Shown in pieces: positions 18,552 through 28,983 of a stretch of DNA of 32,000 nt. The notes beneath the pieces were generated by a model. It saw only the letters and a list, made by a program, of their open reading frames with translations. It made no database searches and was not told where the DNA came from. Numbering within the stretch: the stretch's first letter is position 1; every line of letters begins with the position of its first letter. The stretch comes from Demequinaceae bacterium. GTDB lineage: Bacteria; Actinomycetota; Actinomycetes; Actinomycetales; Demequinaceae. The stretch covers positions 1,968,754 to 2,000,753 of the forward strand of contig OZ252279.1 in the NCBI GenBank assembly GCA_965250005.1, in the 5' to 3' direction. The position numbers were made by a program, and so were the translations under genes.

Positions 18552-19535
18552 CTATCCCAGTGTGCCGTCCGAAGAGAAGATCAGACCGAGGACAACTTCG
18601 CCGGTCTTGATGGCGGTCTTGGTGAGCGGGCCACCGACATCGAGCGAGCGGAACTCGCTGATCTCGAAGCCGTAGGTCTCTTCAAGGCCGAGTTGGCAGA
18701 ACTCGCGCTCCGGGCACTCAGCAGGTCCGCCGAGTGAGATCGGACCGCAGGTTGCGGCCAGTTCCGACAGCGACGTGACGCCCCACTCGTCGGCGAATGC
18801 CTGGGTGGTGGCGAAGGCGTTCTGGTCCTGGGCGGCGGAAACGAGGCTGAACGTGATGCCCGTTTCATCTCCGAGCGCGAAGAGCGCCTGAACTGTGGCG
18901 TCGACGTCGCCCGAACTCACGGGTGCCGCCTCAGCGCCGTTGACCTGGCGGTTGAGGAATTCAGCGGCTGTGGCAGCGTACTCGGGGACCACGTGGATCT
19001 CGCCGCCGATGAGGGCGGGCATATATGTTTCCCGGTTTCCGATGGTGCGAACCTCCACGTCGAAGCCTGCGGTGCGCAGAACCGCGCCGTAGATCTCTGC
19101 GACGGTGATGTTCTCCGAGAAGTTCGCGGCGCCGACGACGACGGAGCCGCCGCTTTGGAGCGGAGCCGAGATGCCGGTGCTGGTCACGAAATCAGCGGCA
19201 ACCTGCTCGGACGTCTCAAAGTCGACGTCCGTGCGTTTGTTGAGCTGGATTAGGGTGGACGTGTCGAGGACCTTCGAGACCTCGTCGAGCGCTGCGCCAA
19301 CGGCGGGGTCGAGTGCGATTTCCTGGTTGATGGCCGGGATGATGTTATCCGCATTTTGGAGGTGCAGGTCGTCAGTAAGGACCACGAGGGCGTCGCCAGC
19401 GATCGGCGTACACGTGACTGCTCCGGTTGCGGACGACGTTGTGGTCGGGATGGGATCTTCGGCGGCTGTGGAGCAGGCCGAAAGAGTGAGGACGGACGCC
19501 ACGGCGGCCGCCAGAATTCTAGTTGAGTTTCGCAC
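18552..19535 (-). CDS. Glycine betaine/choline-type osmoprotectant ABC transporter substrate-binding lipoprotein (OpuC/ProX-like)
   Basis: Lipoprotein signal ILAAAVASVLTLSACS, then VVVGAANFSENITVAEIYGAVLRTAGFDVEVRTIGNRETYMPALIGGEIHVVPEYAATAAEFLN. GTG at 19535 has a good ribosome-binding site; the ORF extends to 19565. Confidence 0.92.
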   Translation of the reverse strand: MRNSTRILAAAVASVLTLSACSTAAEDPIPTTTSSATGAVTCTPIAGDALVVLTDDLHLQNADNIIPAINQEIALDPAVGAALDEVSKVLDTSTLIQLNKRTDVDFETSEQVAADFVTSTGISAPLQSGGSVVVGAANFSENITVAEIYGAVLRTAGFDVEVRTIGNRETYMPALIGGEIHVVPEYAATAAEFLNRQVNGAEAAPVSSGDVDATVQALFALGDETGITFSLVSAAQDQNAFATTQAFADEWGVTSLSELAATCGPISLGGPAECPEREFCQLGLEETYGFEISEFRSLDVGGPLTKTAIKTGEVVLGLIFSSDGTLG

Positions 19536-19657
19536 TTCTTCTCTCCTGTTAGGTTTCAAGGTCACTCACACAACCCATTCGGCCGCCACATTGTTCCCGC
19601 GATCTGGATGGAATCTGTGAGTCGACTGAGGCTAGCGTGCTTGAGCGCTCAGATTGA

Positions 19658-20389
19658 CTACATGGGCGCGTGGGCGAGTCTGCGGACGGACTCCGGCGTG
19701 AGGCGGCGCTCGAGGCGTCCGAGTAGTGCGTCGACTCCCAGGCTGAGGCCCGCGACCAGGACTGCGCCGGCCAGCACTTGGCCGTAGCGCTGCGTGGCGA
19801 ACCCAAAGTTGATGATGACGCCCAGGCCCCCGCCAGCGACTAGTGCAGCCAGCGGGATTGTTGCGACTGCCTGGACGGTGGCGACGCGTAGGCCGGTGGC
19901 GACAAGAGGCCACGCGAGAGGAAGTTCGAGGCGGGTAATCAGTTGCCGGCGATTCATGCCTTGGCCGCGCGCCGCGTCCCGCAGGTCCGCGTCAACATTC
20001 ATCATTCCCGTGTACGCGTTGGTCAGGATGGGGGGGATGGTGAAGATGGCGACGGCGATGATGATCGCGCGGTTGCCAAACCCGATCGAGCCGGCCGCGA
20101 ACATCATCAGCAACGCGAGCGTCGGGATCGCGCGGGAGACATTCGACGTGACGACGGTGGCGGCCCCGCCGCGCCGAAAGTGACCCAGGAAGAGTCCCAC
20201 GGGCAGCGCGACGAGCGCTGCGAGCCCCACGGCGCCAGCGGTCATGCCCAGGTGGTCAATCGTGAGGCCAATAATTGAGTCCCTGGCGGGCTTGAGACTG
20301 CCGTTGGCGCCCTCGATGAAGATTCCGCGCTCGCCTGTCCAGTTGGCCCAGGTGGTGATCCATGCCCAGGCGTCGCCGAGGATGCTCAT
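19658..20389 (-). CDS. Osmoprotectant ABC transporter permease
   Basis: GLTIDHLGMTAGAVGLAALVALPVGLFLGH...SNVSRAIPTLALLMMFAAG...LRDAARGQGMNRRQLITRLELPLAWPLVATGLRVATVQAVATIPLAALVAGGGLG. MSILGDA start at 20389 overlaps the upstream permease stop as ATGA. Confidence 0.93.
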   Translation of the reverse strand: MSILGDAWAWITTWANWTGERGIFIEGANGSLKPARDSIIGLTIDHLGMTAGAVGLAALVALPVGLFLGHFRRGGAATVVTSNVSRAIPTLALLMMFAAGSIGFGNRAIIIAVAIFTIPPILTNAYTGMMNVDADLRDAARGQGMNRRQLITRLELPLAWPLVATGLRVATVQAVATIPLAALVAGGGLGVIINFGFATQRYGQVLAGAVLVAGLSLGVDALLGRLERRLTPESVRRLAHAPM

Positions 20390-21048
20390 GCGGACCGCCT
20401 TTTTAGCCATGGTGTGAGCCCGCGCCCCAGCAGCATCAGCGCGACGTCAAACGTGAGCGCAAGGGCGACAACGAGCAAGCCGGACGTCGCGATTTCGGCG
20501 CGGAAGCCGCGCGAGTAGCCGCGAAACATCAACTGACCGAGGCCACCGTAGCCCACGACAATTCCTACTGTTACAAGGGCAACCGTGGTGACCGTCGCCA
20601 CGCGCAGGCCAGCGACGATGGCTGGGAGCGCGTTCGGGATTTCCACCGCCAGTAGCAGGCGGAGGCGCCCGTAGCCCAGGCCTCGCGCCGCATCGATAAC
20701 GTCGGGGTCAACTCCCTGAAGTCCAGTTAGTGTGTTCTTGACCAGCATCAGCATGGCGTACATCACGAGCCCTATCAGCACGGTCTTTTCGCCGATGCCC
20801 GTGTACGGCGCAAGGATCGCGAAGAGCGCGAGCGACGGAACCGAGTAGGCGACTGCCGAGACGCCCAGAATCGGCCCCGCGAGCCTTGGCACGTAGCGCG
20901 CGAGCGCGGCAAGCGGGAGCGCGATGACCAGCGCGATTCCTATCGCCTTGACCGTGAGCTCCGCGTGAATCGCGAGGTGCTCCTCGATGGTGTCCCAGTT
21001 GCGCGTGACGTAGTCCCAGCTGAGCCAGGGGTTCGCCGGTTGGTCCAT
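20386..21048 (-). CDS. Osmoprotectant ABC transporter permease
   Basis: [28 protein letters not shown]...[19 protein letters not shown]...[61 protein letters not shown]. Confidence 0.93.
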   Translation of the reverse strand: MDQPANPWLSWDYVTRNWDTIEEHLAIHAELTVKAIGIALVIALPLAALARYVPRLAGPILGVSAVAYSVPSLALFAILAPYTGIGEKTVLIGLVMYAMLMLVKNTLTGLQGVDPDVIDAARGLGYGRLRLLLAVEIPNALPAIVAGLRVATVTTVALVTVGIVVGYGGLGQLMFRGYSRGFRAEIATSGLLVVALALTFDVALMLLGRGLTPWLKRRSA

Positions 21049-21104
21049 GCCACGACGCTACCTGCTTGGCAGTGCACCTCGAGCGAGGAGGTAGCGTTGC
21101 ACGC

Positions 21105-21875
21105 ATGGCAGCGAAGAAGGCGGCAGGCGCCGGCATCAGTTTTTCGAGCGTGCGCAAGGAGTATGCGGATGGCACGGTCGCCGTCACCAAGCTAGATCTC
21201 GATGTACGCGCGGGCGAGCTCTTGTGCCTCGTTGGTCCATCCGGCTGCGGCAAGTCCACCATCCTGAGGATGATCAATCGCCTTGTTGAGCCGACGGCCG
21301 GGAGAATCACGCTCGGCAGCAAAGACGTCATGGATCAGGACGCGGTGGAACTTCGCCGGCACATCGGCTACGTGATCCAGCATGTGGGTCTGTTCCCGCA
21401 CCGCACGGTTGCTCAAAACGTCGCCACCGTGCCAGGGCTGATCGGATGGGGCAAGAGCAGGACGACGGCACGAGTCGACGAGCTCCTCGAGCTTGTTGGC
21501 CTACCTCGCGGTACGTACGGCTCGCGCTACCCCCACCAATTGAGCGGCGGAGAGCGTCAGCGCGTGGGCGTCGCACGCGCCCTCGCAACCAAGCCGCCGG
21601 TGTTGCTCATGGACGAGCCGTTCGGGGCTGTCGACCCGCAGGGCCGCCGCCGCTTGCAGCAGGAGTTCCTTGCGATTCACGAAGAGCTGGGCACGACCGT
21701 GCTGATGGTGACCCACGATATTCGCGAGGCGACGGCTCTGGGCGACAGAATCGCGGTCTTCTCGGACGGCGGCGTGCTGGAGCAACTCGACAAGCCATCG
21801 AAGGTCCTGGCCAAACCGGCAAACGAGTTTGTGGCCACCTTCGTGGCTGACTTTGACCTGCCTGCGCGCGCCTAA
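21105..21875 (+). CDS. Osmoprotectant ABC transporter ATP-binding protein, divergent from its permeases
   Basis: Walker [10 protein letters not shown], signature [32 protein letters not shown]. Likely start is MAAKKAAG at 21105 within ORF 21066..21875. Confidence 0.94.
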   Translation: MAAKKAAGAGISFSSVRKEYADGTVAVTKLDLDVRAGELLCLVGPSGCGKSTILRMINRLVEPTAGRITLGSKDVMDQDAVELRRHIGYVIQHVGLFPHRTVAQNVATVPGLIGWGKSRTTARVDELLELVGLPRGTYGSRYPHQLSGGERQRVGVARALATKPPVLLMDEPFGAVDPQGRRRLQQEFLAIHEELGTTVLMVTHDIREATALGDRIAVFSDGGVLEQLDKPSKVLAKPANEFVATFVADFDLPARA

Positions 21876-22564
21876 GACTTCGGCTTGGAGGCCCTCTTCT
21901 TGGGCTTGTTCTTGATCCTGAGTCCGCGACCTGTTCGCCAAACAGAGAAGTTGCTGCGCGCGGCCCGATCCTCCGCTTGTTTCTCGCCCTTGCGCTGACG
22001 GCGGCGGCGGCCGGTTGTCACGACTCGGTAAACCGCTACGCCCATGCCGAATAGCACGAGGATCACGAGCCACGGGAGCAAGATCGCAGAGAAGCTCATG
22101 GTCACAGCAACGGCGTCCTCAGCGAACGATGCGATGGGGGAGCCTGTACCGCCCGTCGCGGCATTCACAGCGGTGCGGGAGGCGGACTTGCCCACGTGAA
22201 CCACCAGCGCAACGATCGCTCCCAGCGTGTACCCAAGCCACGAGTTCTCTTGCCAGAAGTCGCTCGCTTCGACCCCTGCGGCAGCGGAGCTGGCGGCAAA
22301 GATCACGGAGCCTGAGAGTGGGCGAACCGCTGTTTGGATGATGTCGTTCACGTGGTCTACGCCAGGGATCTTGTCCAGAACCAGTTCAGCGAGCAGGAGC
22401 ATCAGGAAGATGATGATCGCGGGCCAGGAAGCTAGCCAGCCAAGGCTCGTCGGCAATTCGATCAGGCTCGTAAACCGAGCGAGCATGCTCACGATGACAA
22501 GCGGGATGAAGGCGTTGAGACCCGCGGCAGCGGAAAGTCCGGTGCCGGTCAGTGCGGCGAGCAT
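21872..22564 (-). CDS. DUF4126-like integral membrane protein
   Basis: MLAALTGTGLSAAAGLNAFIPLVIVSMLARF...PAIIIFLMLLLAELVLDKIPGVDHVNDIIQTAVRPLSGSVIFAAS. Basic cytoplasmic tail. Start at 22564 preferred over 22627. Confidence 0.78.
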   Translation of the reverse strand: MLAALTGTGLSAAAGLNAFIPLVIVSMLARFTSLIELPTSLGWLASWPAIIIFLMLLLAELVLDKIPGVDHVNDIIQTAVRPLSGSVIFAASSAAAGVEASDFWQENSWLGYTLGAIVALVVHVGKSASRTAVNAATGGTGSPIASFAEDAVAVTMSFSAILLPWLVILVLFGMGVAVYRVVTTGRRRRQRKGEKQAEDRAARSNFSVWRTGRGLRIKNKPKKRASKPKS

Positions 22565-22658
22565 GATCCTCCTTGAGTGCAAGTTCTGCGCGATGTGTAC
22601 GGAATAACGATAGCCTGGGATCGGCACGTAGGCGCGCGCTATACAGAGAGGACGTCAC

Positions 22659-22919
22659 ATGGGTATCGTCAGCGCAGCAATCGCGGGTGCGATCGTTGCA
22701 TTCATCGTTTGGCTGTTGAAGAAGCGGAAGACTGGGATCGCCTGGTGGGCACTTTGGCTCAGTGGCATCGCGGGCGCGCTCATTGGGTACCAGGCCGCGG
22801 GCCTGCTCGGGGTCGAGTCCACGAGCGGAGTCGATTGGATTCGATGGGCCCTCAGTGTGGTCGCGGCATTTCTCGTCATTTGGTTGGCCAGGAAGCTCTT
22901 CAAGGGCGGCAAGAAGTAG
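22659..22919 (+). CDS. Small membrane protein (86 aa), GlsB/YeaQ/YmgE-like by architecture
   Basis: MGIVSAAIAGAIVAFIVWLLKKRKTGIAWWALWLSGIAGALIGYQAAGLLG... with a basic C-terminus. Family is inferred from size and glycine pattern only. Confidence 0.6.
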   Translation: MGIVSAAIAGAIVAFIVWLLKKRKTGIAWWALWLSGIAGALIGYQAAGLLGVESTSGVDWIRWALSVVAAFLVIWLARKLFKGGKK

Positions 22920-22925
22920 CCTTCA

Positions 22926-22980
22926 CCCGGTCCTCTGGACCGGGAAACGACGAAGCCCGCGGCGGTTGCCGCGGGCTTCG
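22926..22980. terminator. Two tandem perfect hairpins between the small membrane protein and tRNA-His
   Basis: cccggtcc-tct-ggaccggg (22926-22944), then cgaagcccgcgg-cggttg-ccgcgggcttcg (22951-22980). Confidence 0.75.
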
Positions 22981-22989
22981 CACGTATGG

Positions 22990-23063
22990 GGTGCCTGACG
23001 GGACTTGAACCCGCGGCCTCTGCCACCACAAGGCAGCGTTCTAACCAACTGAACTACAGGCAC
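22990..23063 (-). tRNA. tRNA-His (anticodon GTG)
   Basis: Minus strand GTGCCTGTAGTTCAGTTGGTTAGAACGCTGCCTTGTGGTGGCAG...GCGGGTTCAAGTCCCGTCAGGCACC. Loop TT-GTG-GT. Confidence 0.94.
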
Positions 23064-23130
23064 CATCGGCCCTTGCGAGCCAGGCGCTAGTGTATCGCGC
23101 CGGGTCGGCCAGGGAAGACCCAGGCTTGAG

Positions 23131-23736
23131 TTATTCGCTGGGCTTGGTGACGGACTGGGCGTGGACGCGGGCGGTGTCGCTGTCCGGGCCGGGAGAGTCA
23201 ACAAAAACGGCTTCGCGGTAGTAGCGTAACTCGCGGATGGAGTCCTGGATGTCGCCCAGCGCGCGGTGGCCGCCCGTTTTTTCAGGCGACTGAAAATAGG
23301 CACGCGGGTACCAGCGCCGCGCGAGCTCCTTGATCGAACTGACGTCGATGACGCGGTAGTGGAGCCATGCGGATAGTTCGGGCATGTCGCGCTCGAGGAA
23401 CACTTTGTCCATCCCCACGGTGTTGCCCGCGAGCGGGGCCTTGCCCTCGGGGACGTGTTCCTTGATGTAGTCGAGCACTTCTGCTTGCGCGTCGGCCATG
23501 GTGAGGCCGTCGTCTAGCTCGGGGAGTAGCCCCGAGGTCACGTGCATGTCGTGCACGAACTCAATCATCTGGTCCAGCGCCTTTTTGGGGGGCTTGATGA
23601 CCACGGAGACGCCCTCGCCCAGTTGATTGAGCTCGCCGTCGGTGACGATCGCGGCGACCTCGATGAGTGCGTCGGTTTCCACGTTGAGTCCGGTCATCTC
23701 GCAGTCGATCCAAACCATGTGGTTGGGGGCAGCCAT
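23131..23736 (-). CDS. orn: Oligoribonuclease (DEDDh 3'-5' exonuclease)
   Basis: MVWIDCEMTGLNVETDALIEVAAIVTDGELN...GNTVGMDKVFLERDMPEL...HYRVIDVSSIKELARRWYP...HRALGDIQDSIRELRYYR. Confidence 0.97.
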   Translation of the reverse strand: MAAPNHMVWIDCEMTGLNVETDALIEVAAIVTDGELNQLGEGVSVVIKPPKKALDQMIEFVHDMHVTSGLLPELDDGLTMADAQAEVLDYIKEHVPEGKAPLAGNTVGMDKVFLERDMPELSAWLHYRVIDVSSIKELARRWYPRAYFQSPEKTGGHRALGDIQDSIRELRYYREAVFVDSPGPDSDTARVHAQSVTKPSE

Positions 23737-23762
23737 GGGACAACTCTAGGCCCGGTCGTGAC

Positions 23763-24857
23763 TCACGCGGGCCATGCGCCTCTGGAGTACGCGTGCGGCC
23801 ACAAATCGGCGTCGACTCCGAGCTGGTGCGCTGCTCGTAGCGCGAAATGAGGGTCGCGCAAGAATTCGCGGCCGGCGAGCACCGCATCTGCCTGCCCGGA
23901 GGCGACGATCTTCTCTGCCTGGTGCGCCTGGGTTATCTGCCCGACGGCGCTGACGGGCCCTCCAGTGGCCTCGCGTATTGCGGCCGCGAAGGGCACCAAA
24001 TAGCCGGGGCCCGTGGGAATCTTGACCCCTGCGACATTGCCGCCGCTGGACACGTCGATCAGGTCCGCGCCCGCTTCGAGACACCAGCCTGACACTTGGG
24101 TGGCGTCCTCGAGGGTCCAACCGGCTGGTTCGGCCCAGTCGGTGGCAGACAGCCGGACGAAAACGCACGTGGAGTCGCCCGCTTCGGAGCGAACGGCGCG
24201 CACAATATCGAGCAGAAGCCGTGAGCGGTTGTCGAGCGACCCACCGTATTCGTCGGACCGCGCGTTTGGTAGCGGCGACAGGAACTCGTGGATCAGATAG
24301 CCGTGTGCGGCGTGGACCTCGACCACGTCAAAGCCGGCATCGACCGCGCGCCGGGTGGCGGCGCGAAATGCCTCGACGATGTCGGCCAACTCTGCCGCGG
24401 TGAGCTCGCGGGGCGCAGCGAGCCCGGGGAAGGGGATGTCCGACGGGCCGACGGTCTGCCATCCACCGTCGCTCGCCGCCTGTGTACCGCGGCCACTCCA
24501 ACTCCGGTACGTGGAGCCTTTGCGCCCCGCGTGCGCGAGTTGCAGGCCAGCCTTCGCGCCCTGGGCATGAATGAAGCGGACGGTCTGTTCCCACGCGGCC
24601 CGCTGTGCGTCGTTCCATACTCCGGTGTCCCAGGCAGTGATCCTTCCTTCTGGGACCACGGCGGTCGCCTCGGCGATCACGAGCCCGGCGCCGCCGCGGG
24701 CCTGCGATCCGAGGCTTACCAGGTGCCAGTCCGTTGGCACACCGTCTTGGTTCTCCACGGAGTACTGGCACATTGGCGCCACCCAGAGGCGGTTCCTGAA
24801 GGTGTGCCCGCGAAGCGTGAGCGGCGAGAAGAGCGAGGATTCGAGGGCGGCTGCCAT
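23763..24857 (-). CDS. NADH:flavin oxidoreductase / Old Yellow Enzyme family (YqjM-like)
   Basis: LFSPLTLRGHTFRNRLWVAPMCQYS...WHLVSLGSQARGGAGLVIAEATAV...KLQLAHAGRKGS...DVVEVHAAHGYLIHEFLSPLPNARSDEYGGSLDNRSRLLLDIVRAVR. Confidence 0.95.
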   Translation of the reverse strand: MAAALESSLFSPLTLRGHTFRNRLWVAPMCQYSVENQDGVPTDWHLVSLGSQARGGAGLVIAEATAVVPEGRITAWDTGVWNDAQRAAWEQTVRFIHAQGAKAGLQLAHAGRKGSTYRSWSGRGTQAASDGGWQTVGPSDIPFPGLAAPRELTAAELADIVEAFRAATRRAVDAGFDVVEVHAAHGYLIHEFLSPLPNARSDEYGGSLDNRSRLLLDIVRAVRSEAGDSTCVFVRLSATDWAEPAGWTLEDATQVSGWCLEAGADLIDVSSGGNVAGVKIPTGPGYLVPFAAAIREATGGPVSAVGQITQAHQAEKIVASGQADAVLAGREFLRDPHFALRAAHQLGVDADLWPHAYSRGAWPA

Positions 24858-25031
24858 ATCTCAGCGGATCCACGTTCTGCGGGTTGCGAAGGCCATGTTG
24901 CCAACCCTAATCGCGTCAGCGCCCGTCAGTTGCGGCCTGCGCTCGTTGCTCTCGGACGACACCAGGCGGCCAAGTTTGCTGGGTCTTGACGCGGGGGGCC
25001 GACCGCCCCTGTCTCCCTAGCAAATCGGTGG

Positions 25032-25105
<74 letters not shown>

Positions 25106-25135
25106 TGGCGCCGTGCGCGCCTACTAGAGTAGACC

Positions 25136-26794
25136 GTGGCGCCGATGGCGGTGCGCCCGGCGCGGGTTCTTGGTGGATTGGCAGTCAGGGGGCACGCTAG
25201 TCTCATGAGCATCCGGCCGGTGAAATCTTGGGCGTACCCCGGCGCGCTGCTGGACGCGTTGCGCGCGACCCGCAACGCCGCCGCCGCCGTGGAGTTCCCC
25301 TTCGACTCTGAGTACGGAGAAAAGGGGCGCGAACTCATCCATAACATTACGGAGCAGCTCGACCAACACCTCATTCCACGCGTGGTGGAGAAGTCGTCCC
25401 CGGCGATCGTCGTGGTGTCCGGATCCACAGGCTCGGGCAAGTCGAGCATCGTCAATGCGCTGCTAGGAGAGCAGCTCACGGCTTCTGGCGTGTTGCGTCC
25501 GACGACCATGGCCCCGCACCTCTTCCACCACCCCCTGGATTCTGAGCTACTCAGCAGCGCCTCGCGCAAGGCCGAGGTACTCGCATCCGATGCGATCCCG
25601 CGCGGGCTCGCCGTGGTGGATTCCCCGGACATCGACTCGCTTGTTGGCGCGAACCGTGAGGTCGCGCGCGAGCTACTGGACGCCGCCGACCTATGGGTAT
25701 TCGTGACCACTGCCGCCCGCTACGGCGACGCCGTCCCGTGGGACGTGCTGCGCGCGGGTGCTGATCGTGGCGCGTCGATCGCCGTCGTGCTGAATCGAGT
25801 GACGGTGGACGTCGCCGCTCACGTGCGCCGGGACTTGGTGGACCGCTTGCGCCGCGAGGGTCTGGACTCGCTACCGCTGTTCGTCATCCCGGAGGAGCCC
25901 GAGGGCCTGGACCAACTGCCTGCCGACGTGGTCAAAGGCCTGGGCCGCTGGCTGGACGGCGTGGCCAGCGCAAACGCCACATCGATCATCGAGCGGACCA
26001 TGGAGGGCGCAACTGAGGCGCTCAAGGAGTGGCTGGAGAAGCTCGCCGGCCTGATGGACACACAGGCAGAAGCGGTGAAGCAGGCGCGCGGCGACGTGCG
26101 GCGTGCTGCGGCGCGCGCCGAGCAAGAGGGCGGTGAGTACTGGTTCCGTGAGATCGCCGCGGGGCCCGTCTCTACTCGCTGGGCGCAGACGGCCGGGTCC
26201 GGGGGCCCGCTCTTCAAGATTCGCGGAAGTGCTTGGGCAAAACGGCGCACCGCCCGCGAGGACCGCGACAAGGCACTTGACGAGATTCGCGCTGAGCTAT
26301 TTGAAGCGGTGACGGGCACCCTCGCATACACGGCGGGACAGGCCTCGGAGAGGATGACGGATGCGCTGGGCCGCACAGACGATGGCCCCGGCGTGTGGAT
26401 GCTCGCGCAACGCGACCCCGCAGACGCTCAGGGTGTGCGAGAGCGGCACGCGCGCGACGCCGCCATCGGGTGGTTCACGGTGTGCGAAAGAACCGCGACG
26501 GGGCTTCCCAACGTGCCCGCAGCGATCGAATTGGTGGGCGAGCAGGGGCTCGCAACGACGTTTGCGTCCGCAGTGCTCGGCATCCCGCCAGCGCGGCAGG
26601 CGCTCGCGCTCATGGTGGGATCGGGGCTCCAAGAGACGTTCGACAACATGCGGCTCCAGCTAGGCGCCGCGCGCCGGTACTGCATCAATCGCGAGGCGCT
26701 CGACACTATTCGGCCCACGGACCTGGCCGGCCTCATCCCGGAGGCGTCGGCTGAGATTCGACTGCGCCGCGCCGAACTCAGAGGCCTCCTGTGA
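25136..26794 (+). CDS. Dynamin-like / large GTPase, first of a tandem pair
   Basis: G1 [21 protein letters not shown]3-like [11 protein letters not shown]4-like VVLNRV, then a long helical region with hydrophobic stretches. An alternative start is ATG 25205. Confidence 0.82.
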   Translation: MAPMAVRPARVLGGLAVRGHASLMSIRPVKSWAYPGALLDALRATRNAAAAVEFPFDSEYGEKGRELIHNITEQLDQHLIPRVVEKSSPAIVVVSGSTGSGKSSIVNALLGEQLTASGVLRPTTMAPHLFHHPLDSELLSSASRKAEVLASDAIPRGLAVVDSPDIDSLVGANREVARELLDAADLWVFVTTAARYGDAVPWDVLRAGADRGASIAVVLNRVTVDVAAHVRRDLVDRLRREGLDSLPLFVIPEEPEGLDQLPADVVKGLGRWLDGVASANATSIIERTMEGATEALKEWLEKLAGLMDTQAEAVKQARGDVRRAAARAEQEGGEYWFREIAAGPVSTRWAQTAGSGGPLFKIRGSAWAKRRTAREDRDKALDEIRAELFEAVTGTLAYTAGQASERMTDALGRTDDGPGVWMLAQRDPADAQGVRERHARDAAIGWFTVCERTATGLPNVPAAIELVGEQGLATTFASAVLGIPPARQALALMVGSGLQETFDNMRLQLGAARRYCINREALDTIRPTDLAGLIPEASAEIRLRRAELRGLL

Positions 26795-28143
26795 GCGTTT
26801 CGTTCACGCACCTCGAGCCTCCGAGCGAGACCACGTTCCTGCGGGAACGGGTGATGCGGCTGCGCTCCTCGATGGAGTGGGCGAGTGACGCGATCTCCGC
26901 CAAAGTGCGCGCCAAGGTGGAGGAGGCAATCACGCGCTGCGAGCAGCGCCTCGACCTGGGCGTGGACTACACGATCGTCGCGCTCGCGGGCGGCACGGGT
27001 TCTGGAAAGTCGTCGCTGTTCAACGCGATTGCGCGGACCGACTTCGCAATGCCCGGCGTCTCGCGGCCCACAACCGCGCACATTAGCGCGGCAACGTGGG
27101 GCGGCAAGGCCACGCCCATCCTCGACTGGCTCGAGGTTGCGCCTGAGCGGCGCCTCGCGTGCAAAACAGCGCTCGACGCGGACTCTGAGCCCGAGTCCTC
27201 GCTCAACGGCATGATCCTTCTGGACCTTCCGGACCACGATTCGGTCAGTGTAGCCAACCGCGCGATCGTCGACGCCGTCGCCCCCATGGCGGACCTGCTC
27301 GTTTGGGTGGTGGACCCGCAGAAGTACGCGGACCAGGCGCTGCACGCGCGCTATCTCCAGGCGGTCGCGGACGTGAACGCGCCGTCGGCCGTCATCCTCA
27401 ACCACATCGACCGGCTTGGCCGCGAAGACACCGACTCGGTGGCGTTCGACATTCGCCGGCTGCTCGCAGACAAGGGCATCGACGACGTGCCGGTGCTGCT
27501 AACGTCGGCGCGCACGGGCATGGGTGTTGACACCGTTCGCGCGGCGCTCGCCGCAGCAGTGCAGAAGCGATCCGTTGCGGCCGAGGCGGTGCGATCAGAG
27601 TTGGTGGCGGCCGGGCGACTGCTCGCTAAGGTGCTCGCGAAAGACGCGGACCCGGCACTTCCTGACTTCCCCCAGTTTGTTGAGTCACTCGCCGTTGCCG
27701 CTGGTGTCGACGCCCGCGCCGATGCGGCGTCCCAGGTGGCCTCGGGGGCCGGGGGCTCCGTGCCCGAGATTGCCGCGCTTACGGCGGCGGCCGTCGATCC
27801 GCTGCGCGAGGCGTGGCTGGACGGCGCCACGGTGGGTCTGCCGCGCGCGTGGCGCAAGGTGCTCGCGAAGGCGATCGGCCGTCCTCGCGCGCTCGCCGAG
27901 GCTGTGAACGGCGCGCTTGGTGCGGCCCCATGGCCCGAGGTGCCCGCGGAGAAGAAGCGGTTCCGACGCACCAAGATCGGAGCCGGTGTGGCCACCGAGA
28001 TTCGCGATGTGGGCCGCGCAGTTATTGCGCACGCCATCAAGGACGAGATTGTTGAGCCCACGCAGACCATGCACCAGGCGTACCGCGCACTGGATGAACT
28101 CACGCATCTGGGCGACGCGCAGACGCCACGCACCGCAGCTTAA
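26791..28143 (+). CDS. Dynamin-like / YfjP-type GTPase, second of a tandem pair
   Basis: G1 VALAGGTGSGKSSLFNAI, switch I region PGVSRPTTAHISAATWG, G3 LLDLPDHDSV, G4-like LNHIDRLG. Start overlaps the upstream stop by 4 nt. Confidence 0.85.
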   Translation: MSVSFTHLEPPSETTFLRERVMRLRSSMEWASDAISAKVRAKVEEAITRCEQRLDLGVDYTIVALAGGTGSGKSSLFNAIARTDFAMPGVSRPTTAHISAATWGGKATPILDWLEVAPERRLACKTALDADSEPESSLNGMILLDLPDHDSVSVANRAIVDAVAPMADLLVWVVDPQKYADQALHARYLQAVADVNAPSAVILNHIDRLGREDTDSVAFDIRRLLADKGIDDVPVLLTSARTGMGVDTVRAALAAAVQKRSVAAEAVRSELVAAGRLLAKVLAKDADPALPDFPQFVESLAVAAGVDARADAASQVASGAGGSVPEIAALTAAAVDPLREAWLDGATVGLPRAWRKVLAKAIGRPRALAEAVNGALGAAPWPEVPAEKKRFRRTKIGAGVATEIRDVGRAVIAHAIKDEIVEPTQTMHQAYRALDELTHLGDAQTPRTAA

Positions 28144-28171
28144 GCGGGTGTTGGCCCCCCACGGGCAATCG

Positions 28172-28840
28172 CTACTGGGTCGCCGGTGGCGCCTCTAGCG
28201 TCTTGCGCGCCTTGGCCGCGAGCTTCACGGCAACCTCGTGCCAACCGGCGCGATCCTTCTTGGTGGGCTTGTCTTTGATCCCGGGCGAGGCGAGCTTCTT
28301 GAAGAACGGGTGCTGGGCGGCGTCGGCGATCGCGCCCGCGTACTTGAGCAACGCGTCGGCGGAGTGGTAGCGCACCAGGTAATCCTCGGAGGCCGCGCTG
28401 ATCTCGAGCGCGTCATTCGCCTCGAGCGAGGGCTCGAGTTTGCCGACCGCCATCGCGGCGTCGATGCCGAAGACCCAGTGATTTCTCCCAACCAATACGT
28501 CGAGCATGGTGCTCCGGTGCACCGGGTCTCCGGTGACCTGGAAGAGCGTCTCGGCCTGCTTCAAGGTGAATGAGGCGGACGGCGGGTTCTCGTACGCCTT
28601 GAGGTGCTCGAGCGCCTCGGGAACTTTTCGCCCAGCGGCGATGAGCCGGCCGATGGACTCGGCGGCCATCGCGGCCGTAACAGCGACGCCCTCGATCAGC
28701 ATCGCCTCGACCAGTTCCGGGTCCTCGCGATGCGCCTTCTCGATCGATGACCAGTTCGCACCGTCGTGCCACACCATGTACGGGTCGCCGAACACATCGA
28801 CGTGCCAGGTGTCCCACGTGGGCGCGAGCTTCTTTGCCAT
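28172..28840 (-). CDS. Conserved-looking hypothetical protein, alpha-helical (222 aa)
   Basis: Intact ORF (MAKKLAPTWDTWHVDVFGDPYMVWHDGANW...) with actinobacterial codon bias and no recognised motif. Confidence 0.6.
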   Translation of the reverse strand: MAKKLAPTWDTWHVDVFGDPYMVWHDGANWSSIEKAHREDPELVEAMLIEGVAVTAAMAAESIGRLIAAGRKVPEALEHLKAYENPPSASFTLKQAETLFQVTGDPVHRSTMLDVLVGRNHWVFGIDAAMAVGKLEPSLEANDALEISAASEDYLVRYHSADALLKYAGAIADAAQHPFFKKLASPGIKDKPTKKDRAGWHEVAVKLAAKARKTLEAPPATQ

Positions 28841-28983
28841 GTCGCCAGGGTATCCGGAGACCGGTGTCCCCAGCCCGCTGCGGGGGAGAGCCGACGGCCG
28901 GAGCCAACCGCCGCGTCGTCCCTGGTCCGCGCGAGGGCGAGCCTGGTTGCAGCCGCAAGTAGCGGCGCCTCAAGGAGGGCGCG

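Noticed and set aside
24328-24989. 181-aa minus and 233-aa plus ORFs overlapping the OYE-family gene
   Set aside because: The OYE frame has strong family motifs across the interval; these alternatives have none.
25819-27405. Long ORFs antisense to the GTPase pair (185, 325 aa)
   Set aside because: Overlap genes with clear P-loop motifs and look like GC-rich noise.
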